From Octopus vulgaris (Eukaryota), in assembly GCA_951406725.2 (NCBI GenBank), contig OX597836.1, positions 186,001 to 250,000 of the forward strand: a stretch of DNA of 64,000 bases, read 5' to 3'. The position numbers and the translations under genes are program-made. A model generated the notes under the pieces. That model ran no database searches. It worked only from the letters and a program-made list of their open reading frames with translations, and was not told the origin of the DNA. Positions 11,338 through 23,500 of this stretch are shown one piece after another (within the stretch, counting starts at the first letter, position 1; the number at the start of each line of letters is the position of its first letter).

Positions 11338-14300
11338 TCATCATCATCATCATCATCATTTAGCGTCCGTTTTCCATGCTAGCATGGGTTGGACGGTTCT
11401 GCTGGGGTCTGTGAAGCCAGAAGGCTTCATCAGGCCCAGTCAAATCTGGCAGTGTTTCTACGGCTGGATGCCCTTCCTAACGCCAACCACTCCGTGAGTG
11501 TAGTGGGTGCTTTTTACGTGCCACCCGCACTGGTGCCAGCCAGAGCTGGCAAACGGCCACGAACGGATGGTGTTTTTTATGTGCCACCGGCACGAGGGCC
11601 AGGCGAGGCTGGCAACGAACACGAAACGGGGCGGTGCTGGCAACGGTCGCGAAACGGAAGGTTCTCTTACATGCCACCGGCACTGGTAACACATCTGCAA
11701 TTTCCATTGATCGATTTCCATTGATCGATTTCGATTCTGATCCTCACTTGCCTCAATGGGTCTTCACAAGCAGAGTTTCGACATGCCACTGGCACTGGTA
11801 GCACATCCGCAATTTCCATTGATCGATTTCGATTCTGATCCTCACTTGCCTCAACACGTCTTCACAAGTAGAGTTTTGTGTCCCAAGAAGGGAAGGTATG
11901 CATACGTAGGCTGGCTCCATCCCATGTAGAAGGCCACGGGTTGTGGACTCACTTGTCCTGCCGGGTCTTCTCGCGCACAGCACACTTCCAGAGGTCTCGG
12001 TCTCTAGTCATTTCCTCGGTGAGACCTAAAGTTCGAAGGTCGTGCTTCACCACCTCGTCCCAGGTTTTCCTGGGTCTGCCTCTTCCACAGGTTCCCTCAA
12101 CCGCTAGGGTGTGGCACTTTTTCACACAACTATCTTCATCCATTCTCGCCACATGACCATACCAGCGCAAACGTCTCTCTTGCACACCACAACTGATGCT
12201 TCTTAGGTCCAGCTTTTCTCTCAAGGTACTTACACTCTGCCGAGTGTGAGTACTGGCATTACACATCCATCGGAGCATACTGGCTTCATTTCTAGCGAGC
12301 TTACGCATATCCTCAGCAGTCACGGCCCATGTTTCACTGCCATGTAGCATGGCTGTTCGTACACACGCATCATACAGTCTGCCTTTCACTCTGTGCGAGA
12401 GGCCTTTTGTCACCAGCAGAGGTAAGAGCTCTCTGAACTTTGCCCAAGCTATTCTTACTCTAGCAGTTACACTTTCAGCACACCCGCCCCCGCTGCTGAC
12501 TTGGTCACCTAGGTAACGGAAACTATCAACTATTTCTAGTTTTTCTCCCTGGAAAGTGACAGAAGTTGGTCTCAGAGCATTTTCAGTGTTTATTGTTCCT
12601 GAGCATCTGCCACATACAAAAACCATCTTCCTAGTTAGCCTTCCTTTGACATTGCTGCATCTCTTATGTGTCCATAGCTTACACTTGGTGCATCTTATAG
12701 AGTTTCTACCTACACCTTTTCTACAGATCGAGCAGGGCCATCTACCTGAAGGTGTTTGTGATTTGTCTACCTTCCTACTGATTACGACTTTGGTTTTAGC
12801 TAGATTGACTCTGAGGCCCTTCGATTCTAATCCTTGTTTCCACACCTGAAACTTCTCCTCCAGTTCTGATAGCGACTCAGCAATTAGAGCAAGGTCATCA
12901 GCATAGAGGAGCTCCCAAGGGCATCCTGTCTTGAATTCCTCCGTTATTGCCTGGAGGACTATGATAAATAGGAGGGGGCTGAGTACTGAGCCTTGGTGGA
13001 CCCCTACCTCTACCCGGAATTCTTCACTGTACTCATTTCCAACCCTCACCCTACTAGCGGCGTCCCTATACATGGCCCGCACAGCTCTCACTAACCATTC
13101 ATCTATCCCTAGTTTTCTCATTGCCCACCAGATAAGGGATCGGGGGACCCTGTCGAAGGCTTTCTCCATGTCAACAAAAGCCAGGTACAGGGGCTTATCT
13201 TTGGCTAGGTATTTCTCCTGCAGCTGCCTTACCAGGAATATAGCATCAGTAGTACTTTTCCCTGGCACAAACCCAAACTGCATCTCATCTAAACTAACTC
13301 TCTCTCTAATTAGTTGGGCTATGACCCTCTCCGTAACCTTCATCACCTGGTCCAACAGCTTGATACCTCTGTAGTTGTTTGTATCTAGGGCATCACCTTT
13401 ACCTTTGTAGCAGTTGACTATTATACTGCTACACCAGTCATTGGGTATGACCCCTTTGTGTATCACCTGATTAACTATATGGGTGACTAGGCTATAGCCG
13501 ACACTACCAGACATTTTGAGCATCTCTGCAGTGATTCCTGATGGGCCTGGGGCTTTCCCTGTCTTCATGCTTCTAATTGCCTTAGCTACCACAGAACTAT
13601 CAACTCGGATAGCTGGTCCCTCTGTTGGGTCAACATTCGGCAGACTCTCTTTATCCCATTCATTTTCTTCATTCAGCAACCTTTCATAGTGGCATCTCCA
13701 AACCTCTCTCTTTGCATCCTCATTTAGCGCAAGTGAACCATCTTCCATGCGAACACACTTCTCTCCTACCACATCACGATTCTCTCTCACACACTGTCTT
13801 GCAACACGAAACACCTCCAGTCTTTTGTCCTCACGGCGCAGAACATTGGCAATTTTTTTCTTATCTGCTTCCCCTCTGGCTAAATAAACCTGTCTCCTAG
13901 CTTCTCTTTTGGCAGTCTGATACAATTCCCTGCTACCCCCATTTTTCCAGACCTTCCAAGCCTGTCTCTTTTCTCTAATAGCCCTGTCTACAATATTGTT
14001 CCACCACCACGTTATTCTAGGTCGAGAGGGGACTTTGCACCAGCCACAGATCTGGTCAGTGGCTCTCAGCAGGTTGTCCCTTAGAAACGTCCAGCTGTCT
14101 TCTACCCCCTGTGATGCTCTATCCCCTTCTACTTCGTCAGAGGCTTCAAGTAATATGTCCCTAAATCTCTGTCCATTTGCAGGATCTTTAAGCTTCCAGA
14201 TCCTTCTTCTCCATATTTGTCGTCTTCTGGTTGTCCTCCTAGTCCTGATCCTAAAGTCACTAACTACCAGTCTATGTTGTGGGGTACATTCTTCACCTGG

Positions 14301-14908
14301 GAAGGTTTTGGCATTTATAAGCAGCCATCTCTCCCTTTGCCTTGTAAGGATGTAGTCAATTTGGCTGGTATGTTGGCCCGATTGGTAAGTGACTAGGTGG
14401 CTGGTAGGTTTCCTGAAGTTAGTGTTGCAAATCATAAGATTATTTGCATCGCAGAACTCCAGCAGCCTGGTTCCCTCCTCGTTGCGGGAGCCATAGCCGT
14501 AGCCTCCATGTACGCCATGGAAGCCCCCAGCATGTCGTCCAACGTGACCATTGAAGTCACCAGCCACAAAGATAAGGTCTCTGTCGTTCGTCAATGAGGT
14601 AGTCTGCAGTAGAGTGTCATAGAATCGGTCTTTCTGTCCATCGGGTAGCCCCGACTGAGGAGCATAGGCTGATATAATGGTTGCTAAACTATGATGAAGC
14701 ACTAATCTAATCTTAAGTATTCTGTCACTTACTCTGATTACCTCAATTACTTTATCTACCCATTTCTCAGCGATAAGTATACCCACGCCACCAACCCCGT
14801 CAGTATTCCCTGCCCAGAAAATCTTGTACCTGCGTTCCTTGCCTGTGAGGAACCTAGCTGATCCTCCTCTCCACCTTATTTCTTGCATGCAACATATATC
14901 CACACATC
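11336..14908 (-). mobile_element. Young 5'-truncated RTE-clade LINE with (ATG)n tail
   Basis: Uninterrupted 984-codon frame, ~590 bp modular 3' UTR, (CAT)n tail at 11336-11359, 5' junction next to (TA)n. Confidence 0.95.
11949..14903 (-). CDS. LINE ORF: APE endonuclease (N-terminally clipped) + reverse transcriptase + PHD-like Cys/His finger
   Basis: CMQE, SAYAPQ, AGDFNGHVG, SQIDYIL, QHRLVV (EN); YRGIKLL, FVDMEKAFDRV, GVHQGSVLSPLLF, YADD (RT); C4HC3 motif; RLRWYGHV and RGRPRKTW (RTE C-terminus). Confidence 0.95.
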   Translation of the reverse strand: MDICCMQEIRWRGGSARFLTGKERRYKIFWAGNTDGVGGVGILIAEKWVDKVIEVIRVSDRILKIRLVLHHSLATIISAYAPQSGLPDGQKDRFYDTLLQTTSLTNDRDLIFVAGDFNGHVGRHAGGFHGVHGGYGYGSRNEEGTRLLEFCDANNLMICNTNFRKPTSHLVTYQSGQHTSQIDYILTRQRERWLLINAKTFPGEECTPQHRLVVSDFRIRTRRTTRRRQIWRRRIWKLKDPANGQRFRDILLEASDEVEGDRASQGVEDSWTFLRDNLLRATDQICGWCKVPSRPRITWWWNNIVDRAIREKRQAWKVWKNGGSRELYQTAKREARRQVYLARGEADKKKIANVLRREDKRLEVFRVARQCVRENRDVVGEKCVRMEDGSLALNEDAKREVWRCHYERLLNEENEWDKESLPNVDPTEGPAIRVDSSVVAKAIRSMKTGKAPGPSGITAEMLKMSGSVGYSLVTHIVNQVIHKGVIPNDWCSSIIVNCYKGKGDALDTNNYRGIKLLDQVMKVTERVIAQLIRERVSLDEMQFGFVPGKSTTDAIFLVRQLQEKYLAKDKPLYLAFVDMEKAFDRVPRSLIWWAMRKLGIDEWLVRAVRAMYRDAASRVRVGNEYSEEFRVEVGVHQGSVLSPLLFIIVLQAITEEFKTGCPWELLYADDLALIAESLSELEEKFQVWKQGLESKGLRVNLAKTKVVISRKVDKSQTPSGRWPCSICRKGVGRNSIRCTKCKLWTHKRCSNVKGRLTRKMVFVCGRCSGTINTENALRPTSVTFQGEKLEIVDSFRYLGDQVSSGGGCAESVTARVRIAWAKFRELLPLLVTKGLSHRVKGRLYDACVRTAMLHGSETWAVTAEDMRKLARNEASMLRWMCNASTHTRQSVSTLREKLDLRSISCGVQERRLRWYGHVARMDEDSCVKKCHTLAVEGTCGRGRPRKTWDEVVKHDLRTLGLTEEMTRDRDLWKCAVREKTRQDK

Positions 14909-16649
14909 ATATATATATATATATATGGCATGCATGTATGTATGTATATATATATATATACTAAACTTCCTCTGACCCATTGGGTCACCAGGAAACTCTG
15001 AGTTTCCCAAAAACAGAGTTTTGTTTCTCGAGTTTTTTTTTTGCCAGGTTATTTCACATGCCACAAATCACGTGTAAACAACCCCTTTCCTAAGAAAAGG
15101 AAAGACTTGGCTGCTATTTCTTGCATACCCTGCTACCACGTAACAGGTATTTTGGGTCCTTTATCACAAACACCTGTTAAGTGGTAGGAGGGCGTGCTAG
15201 AAATAGCAACCAAATCTTTGGCGGTGAGATACATTGTATGCACTCAAAAAAAAAAACCTACGGAAAAAAAAACTATTTCACACCAATGTTATGAATGGTT
15301 CTTTTATGAAATATTTACCATATTTTAAAAGTCATTTTCACTTTAAAATACTTTTTAAATATGCCAAAATACATTTGTACATACATTGTGACATTGTAAC
15401 CTCTCTCCTCCAACCAAACGCAATTACTCTGGCTCAAAGTCTCTCTCTTCAACATTTCTTTAAATTATCTCTTGTCTCTACCTTTCTCAAATTCTTCCCC
15501 CATCAATCATCTGACACTTTCTTCTTTTGCATTGAGGACATATCTCACTTCATCCTTCTCTGATGCTATCATCTTGAAGTGGTTTCATAGAACATTGCTC
15601 TTTTTGGTTTTGACACTTCTACACAATTACTGCCGGCAAAGAAGCTAAATCATTTGCTATTTTGAACTGTTTATACTAGTTAATATCTTCACCAAAATCT
15701 CATATAACAATCTCTAAAAACAATGTTTTTCTCAGTCATTTCTGTCTCTGATTTCATTAAACTGATTGATTATTGCTTAACCAGGTCAATACCATTCCCC
15801 ATCAAACCCTTTAGTACTAAAGGCAATTAATATGTCAGAGCCCTAGTACTTTCACACACTGTCTAAAGGAGAAACTCTACTTCATGCCCAACCCAGCCAC
15901 AATTTTGCCACAGAAGTACAGAAAAAGATGAAATACAACAAATTATGACATGGCATAAACAGAGAAAATACTAAGAGTTACATACTAGATCTTAACAACA
16001 TTCACACCACATGGACAGTACATAAAGTAACAAACACATTTGGAGCATATTTAAGATACATGAATTTGCAGAAGCATGGGAGATTTGCAACAACTAATCT
16101 ATGAAACTTGCCTTCTCATTCAGCTGGCTTTATGTATACCGTGGAGCTGGTCATTCAAAGCTGATATGAGATTCCCTAAGTGTACAGAAATAGATATTAA
16201 ACAATGGAGAGAGTGCAGCATGTTCAAACTGCAACACCACATGACCAAGCACTGCATGTTAAAGTGAACATAATTTTCTTTAGCTAGGAGGAGGAGTTAC
16301 GATGTCATAGCTAATCATTTGTGCATGTTACAGGTCTTGTTCTGAGCTGACCTGGGGTTACACAAGGAAAGACACATCCTATTATTCCTATATACACTAT
16401 TAAGAAAAGAATGATGCATGATGAAGGATGAGATGACTTTTATTACAAATATGTTTGCTCGGTCAAGGAAGATCTGAAACTAAACAACAACAACATGCAA
16501 CAGAATAATATACAATCCAATTGAAAGGATGCTCTCTCATTCATTTCTTGCCATGAAACCAGAGTTAAGCACTGCCCAATGAATCCCTCGGCTTCTTCTT
16601 AACATATTTACAGACAACTAGAATGCAATATTACTTTAAAACAAAATAA

Positions 16650-16655
16650 TTTATT
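16650..16655 (-). terminator. Candidate INTS9 polyadenylation signal AATAAA
   Basis: First AATAAA on the minus strand, ~85 nt after the stop. The context is AT-rich, so chance occurrence is likely. Confidence 0.3.
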
Positions 16656-16739
16656 ATAAATGATTGGTGTAAAGTTTTAATGGCTTTATGAAACAAAATT
16701 ATAAATGATGTTCTGCATGAAAGAGGGAGAGTCTTGAAT

Positions 16740-16859
16740 TTAAAACTTGGACAAACATTTCAGTAACGTGTCTCGGATCTTGATACGAATAGGCTCATTT
16801 CCTTCGCAGATGATATGGGTTGATTCTGGTTCAATTTGTATGAGGGTATCTTCATTAGG
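16740..16859 (-). CDS. INTS9: INTS9 exon 21 (terminal coding exon)
   Basis: ttgtag|[42 protein letters not shown], 120 nt. Confidence 0.95.
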   Translation of the reverse strand, partial: PNEDTLIQIEPESTHIICEGNEPIRIKIRDTLLKCLSKF

Positions 16860-17488
16860 CTACAAAATAAACAACATGAACATACTAAACACGAATACTT
16901 CAGAAACATTAAAGAAAGAACTACTTTAGTTAAAATTGATTTCTAATAGGCCACAAATTTCATGGGAGTGCAGAGGAGTCTATATTCCAATCCACCAGGA
17001 ACCAGTAAGTATGTATTTTAAGGCTTCTCATCTCAAAGTTGAAAAGTAAAGTTGACCTTGATGGTAACTGAGTTCAGACACTCAAACGAACTGTAACTAA
17101 TCTATGTCTGCACAGCATTTTGTCCAAAAATAAATTAGTAATAAAAGTTAAGGAAGTTTGCAAGCAGAAAAAATACAGCAAGCCTCAGAATACATTAACA
17201 TTTATCAATCGCACTTGGTTTGAACTTCAAATGCTTATGATGACATCTTTGGTTGATAAAACATGTAGAGCAGTATAGAAGGGTTTTCTTCAACTATTTT
17301 TTAAACTTATTTTTCTAGCTTAGTCAGTTGTTAAAGTCACTTCACAACCGTATTGTCTGAGGTTTGATCCCAGAACACAGCCACATGGGCATGTGTAATC
17401 TTACAGATTGACCAATGCCTTGTGAGTGGAATTTAGGAGACAGAAACTGAGTAGAAGCCTGTCATGAGTGTGTGTGTGCTTGTATGTA

Positions 17489-17532
<44 letters not shown>

Positions 17533-20500
17533 TGTGGTATGTATATCTTGGATTTAGGAAAGGTACCCTATATATTGTGAGAGGCAACAGAAAGGTTTAG
17601 CAACAGGATGGGTATCCAGCCGTAAGACACAGCCTCAGAAAAACTGTTTGAACCCATGCCAGCATTGAAAATCAAATGCAAAGCAATGATGATGATGATT
17701 TATCTATATACATCTTTCACCAATGTAAATATGAGCCAAAATATCCAAAATTTGATGCTTTCAAATAAAAATACCTTGAGGTAATTAATTCACCTAAGTT
17801 GCACAGCTCACCATCAAAAATACAATGAACCAGAGATTGAATTTTTCAATTCTTGTAACTGACAAAGCTATTACTCACAAATTACAATATAACATGTTTT
17901 GAAAATAGATAAACATAATAAATTAACAATGTATAAAACTCAAACTTTTCCTCTCCTATTCCTTGTGAAATAATAACACACACACACACACACACACACA
18001 GGTGGTTGTTGTACAATAATACTGTAAAATTCTAGTTAAGCAATAGAAAAATAAATTATTTACCAAATGTATAATGGAACCATCTCCAGCCTCTTCCAAC
18101 TTCACATCTGTAATTCCATTCTGGAAGATTAAATTTTAAAAAATGGATAAATAAAAGAGAACAGTAAAATATACACATTTCAATGATTTGTTTTACATTG
18201 TTCACCCCAAGTAATCCCTAATCAACCTGATCTATAAAGAAAACTGCTCCAGCCATGACCATCCTAACATTTTTTTTTTCTCAGATACTTATCTTAGGAC
18301 TACATTATCCAACATTATCATAATTTCTTCTAAGACAGTCAAGTGGAATTTGAGTGAAATTTGGTTGCTATTGCTAGCAGATTGTGTGACCATACAGAAA
18401 TCCCTTCATTAGCTGATGATGATATATATATATATGATTTTTAACACATGTCTACGAAAAAGATCTCATCATTTCACAGCTTCCTGCCTTCTGATGGAGT
18501 GTATACATTTAGCATGATAAACAGATGATTTAAATTCAATTCTGTTTCGATGGCATATGACATAGTTATAGAGTGATCATGCATGAGGTTTAAGACATTT
18601 GGAGAATTCCTATGAGAGAGAGAAATGAAGAATAAACTTGAGTTTGAAAAGTGGTTTCACACTTATCAGTAGCATGATGAAAAAAAAAAAAAACAAACAA
18701 AGATAAAGGCTTTCAGGCTAACTTTCATGAATGTATTTTTAAACATATTCAAACAATGGCTTATTCAAGAAAAAACAAGCTCAGATTACTGGAAATTATG
18801 AACTTGTCAGTTATAATATATTAAAGAATGCTCTGCATCTATATATGGAGTTTGTAATTTATCCCATCTCAGTGAATGCACAGAAATTTTATACACACAC
18901 AAACATGTGTGAGTGTTCTATCTGATTGTTTTGCCACTGCGGCAAACATATCAACAAAGAAGCCACTATGTTGTATCTTGATCTGCTAAAAGTACATAAA
19001 TCATTTTCAAATCCCACCATGCCCTTCTAGGTAAGAACATGCAGAATAACCTGTTCCTGAGTACAGTCTGCCTTCGAAAAAAAACAAGGTCAATGATCAA
19101 ATCTCCCTCAAAGTACAAAAAATAAGGAAACATTTATTAATGTAATTTAAGATAAATTATGCCTGAAGAAAAGATATGTCATGGCTGAAAAGCCTATGAT
19201 AATAGGCCTCGGGCAAGACAATGATCTGCATGAATGTGGTACAAGACAGGCAACAGTTTCCAATGGAGACACCTTTCAAATACCTGGGGCTATTTTTTTT
19301 CTTACAGGAATATTGTGAACGTTGGAAGTTTATATTTCACAGGTACTTTAAAGAGAATACAATAAAGATATTAACCTCAGTCAAAGCATCTACAAATCTC
19401 TTAATGTTAAGAGTACCCCAGAGGTAACTGAGTGCTGCACCACTAGTCTTCAGTTTCTTTTTTACTGCTACATCATCTGGTATAGGCTGAGAAAAAAAAA
19501 AACATAAAGGAAATTATTACAAAAAACTCTGTGTTAGTGAATTTTCTTTAAGACAAAGGCAATCATCATCGTTGTTTAACGTCCATTTTCCATGCTGGCA
19601 TGGGTTGGACGGTTTAACTGAGGGCTGGCAAGCCAGAAGGCTGCACCAGGCTCCAATCCAATCTGGCAATGTTTCTACAGCTGGATGCCCTTCCTAACAT
19701 CAACCACTTTGAGAGTGTGGGTGCTTTTTACATGCTACTGGCACAGGGGCCAGTCAGGCAGTACTGGAATCAGCCATGCTTGAATGGTGCTTTTTACATA
19801 CCATGGGCACAGGACCAGTCAGCCAGCACTGGGATTGAATGGCGCTTTTTATGTACCACCAGCACAGGTACCAATCAAGCGGTACTGTCATCGGCCACAA
19901 CAATGACTTCACTTGATTCAACAGGTCTTCGCAAACACAGTTTATTGCCCAGTGATTGAAGGGTACTCTTAAATGGGCTGGTTATGCTGCACTTGCACAG
20001 GCCTTGGTTACGGTCTCACTTGGCTTGCCAGGTCTCCTCAAACATAGCACATCTCCAAAGGTCTCAGTGACTTGTCATCACCTCCATGAAGCCCAACATT
20101 CGAAGGTTGTGCTTCACCACCTTATCCCAGGTCTTCCTACGTCTACCTCTTCCACAGGTTCCTTCAACAGCTAGGATGTGACACTTTTTCACACAGCTGT
20201 CCTCATCCATGACCATACCAGTGCAGTTGTCTCTCTTGCACACCACATCCGATGCTTCTTATGTCCAACTTTTCTCTCAGGGCGCTTACACTCTGTCATG
20301 TATGCACACTGTCATTACACATCCAGCAGAGCATACTAGCTTCATTCCTTGCAAGCTTAGGCATGTCCTCAGCAGCCATGGCCCATGTTTCACTGCTGTG
20401 TAGCATGGCTGTTTGCACACATGCATCATAATCTACCTTTTACTCTGAGCAAGAGGCCCTTTGTCACCAGCACAAGCAGGAGCTCTCTGAACTTTATTTT

Positions 20501-23500
20501 GTCTTATTGGAGTCTAGCAACCCAAGGCTAGCTTGGGGATGACGGTTTCGTTGCTAATGCTCTTACCATGTAATTGGTTGTACATGTTGCCGACAGCAAC
20601 CTGAAATAGACATAATAGTTCACAATACATGTGCATATGCAACACACATGCGTGGACACAACAAGACAATTTACAAACCTCCAAGACATTTTTATTATCT
20701 TTTCCCATGATGCACCCTGTAACCATGGTGATCAAAGATCCTGGTTTTACTTCCACTGGTTCCAAGGTTGATGCCAACTACAATTAAAAAACAAAAAAGG
20801 AGGTTAGAATATAAAAAGGATGGCCTTTTGGAAGAAATGAGTGTATAATTTTGTATACATGCACGTGTGAGAGTGTATGAGTCCTGCTCATTATCCCCTT
20901 AAGTCCATTTCCCCTCTGTTAGGGTTGACAGGACAGATCTGCTCTATCACGGTACTTTACTACTAGTTGCAGTCCATTATTACTTCTTTTGAAGCCATGA
21001 TTCCATGTTCAATACCCGACCCAAAGTATCTTCAGACAAGGCATCTTATACTATCACCTCAGATGAACCAATGCCTTCACAGTAAAAACCAATGCCTTCA
21101 CACATCATCATCGTTTAACATCCGCTTTCCATGGGTTGGACGATTTGACTGAGGACTGATGAACAAGATGGCTGTGCCAGGCTCCAATTTGATCTGGCAG
21201 AGTTTCTACAGCTGGATGCCCTCCCTAACACCAACCATTCTGAGAGTGTAGTGGGTGCTTTTACGTGCCACTGGCATGAGGGCCAGTCTGGTGGTACTGG
21301 CAACAGCCAAGCTCGAAATGGTGTTTTTTACGAGCCACCTGCACAGGAGTCAGTCCAGCGGCACTGGCAATGACCTCGCTCTAATGTTTTGTTCACGTGT
21401 CACCGGCACAAGTGCCAGTCAGGCGACATTGGTAATGATCATGCTCAGATGGTGCCTTTTATGTGCCACTGGCATGGAAGCCAGACAGCTGCTCCGGCAG
21501 TGATCCCGCTCGGATGGATCTGTCAGCGCTCCACTGGCACGGGTGCCAGTCATTGAATTTGGTTTAATTTCGATTTCACTTGCCCAAACAGGTCTTCGCA
21601 AGCAGAGTTTAGTGTCCGATGAAGGGAGGTTGGCATGGGTGCCAGTTGTCCTAACTCCAGCATCTTGGTTTCCCAAGTGATCATTCTTCTAAGCACAACC
21701 TAGGTTTGATAGGACTTAACTTTAGTGCACACAACAGGATCCAATCTTTTTTGTATACTGCCAGAGATAGTTCTTGAAACTATTACTAAACAATTGCTAA
21801 TTTATAAGAGCATCTCTTGAGAACTTTCAGCAAAAAAAAAATACCTAAGACTAATCATGATCTATCTAGTGGTTTATGTATTCTAAGAGAGAGAGAGTGT
21901 GTGTGTGTGTTTCAGTTTAGTTTCTATGGGCTGATATTCTTCCTGTAAAGTAGTTGATAATAAAGAAGGCATCAAGTTGTAGAAATCGAGCTAAAAAATG
22001 AAACATGGGAATAAGTTGAGGCAATAGCTCTAAACAGGAACTGACTTGGATTATGACAACCTGTTCAATCCATGACTGTAGGAAGAAAAAGGACATAAAA
22101 TGATGATTAAATACAGACACACATACATACAAGTCTGTATGTGTTTGTGAGACTAAGGTAAAACTTAGCTATTCAATAAATAAAGATCAATGAAATAAGT
22201 ACCAAAGAGTTAGGATCAATAAATAAAACCCTTGAAGGCAAGAGCTCCAGCATGGTTGCATTTCTACAACTGAAACCAATAAAAGAATAAAAGAGAAGGT
22301 CTCCATTTTTCTTTGTTGATATGATGTGGGTGGGTTTGTTCCACGATGACATTGTTGTTCCAACTGAATAGGACTGGCCCGGCATGGCATACAATGGGAT
22401 CTCAGAACTCTGTGGTTGTGAAGCAAATTGCTTAAGGATACAGCTACAGCTTGTTCCCATTCTAAGTATTTAAAGAGGTGAATGCCAGTAACATACATAC
22501 AATCTCTTCCTTTTACAACTGTATTGAAGCAAGAATATTATTATTAAGGAACCAGATGAATCCATTTTGACTCTTGTTAAAGATTTACCCGTGGATGTAT
22601 TTCAATTCTTTCAAATTGTCTCTTCACTGGCAGAGAAAGTATTTCTCCTCTCTTGTATGTCAGTGGAGCTGGTTCCTACAAAACAACATTGAAGAAGATT
22701 TATGAGAAAAAAACAGAAAAGGAAGGCTGGAAGAGAAAGAAAGAATATGAATTTTATTAATCAACATGTAAAGCTGTATAGTGCAAAAACACACATGGTA
22801 TTAGCTGTGATGCCAAAAGTAAAGCAAAAAGAAACTACACACACTCTGTAATATAGTTCTCTCTCTCTCACTCTCTCTCTCTCTCTCGCTCAGATAAACA
22901 CACATGCCTCAGTGAAGCTGGTTCCTGAGAGATAACATTAAGGAAGATTGAATAAATGATGATGAATAGAAAAGAATGTAAAACATAAAAGGATGGAAAG
23001 AAAAAAATTAACACAAATTAAGAAACGAACAGTTTGGATCAGAATTAATGTTTATTTGAAAATTAATTATGGAAACAAATTTTTTCAATTACCCATTCAA
23101 TTGTTAAGTCTGTCCGCATGGGTGCTACATTAGGTGGAGTGATGTAGTCTTCAGCCAACACCAAGTGAAGGGGTCTTAAGTCTTTAATCAGTTTATTGGC
23201 TTGACTGAAACTTAAGCTAATATCAATCGGGCAGTAACAGACCTTCAAGAATAAAAAAAAAAAATTAAAAAAATTAAGACAAATTTCAAAATGCAGAATG
23301 TCATACAAATAAATAGAATGTTTATAAGAAAGGAACAGGGGCAGAAATTTAGAGGTGCATACAGTCAATTAAGATTCATCAATACTAATTTTATCAACCT
23401 CCAGAAAGAGGAAAGGCAAAGTTAATCTCAAATGGATGAAAGGCAAAATCAATCCCAAAAGAATAAAAAGCAAAATTGAGCCCAGAAAGATGAGAGGTAA

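Noticed and set aside
12556-14597. Plus-strand ORFs of 66-147 aa
   Set aside because: Antisense shadows of the RTE ORF.
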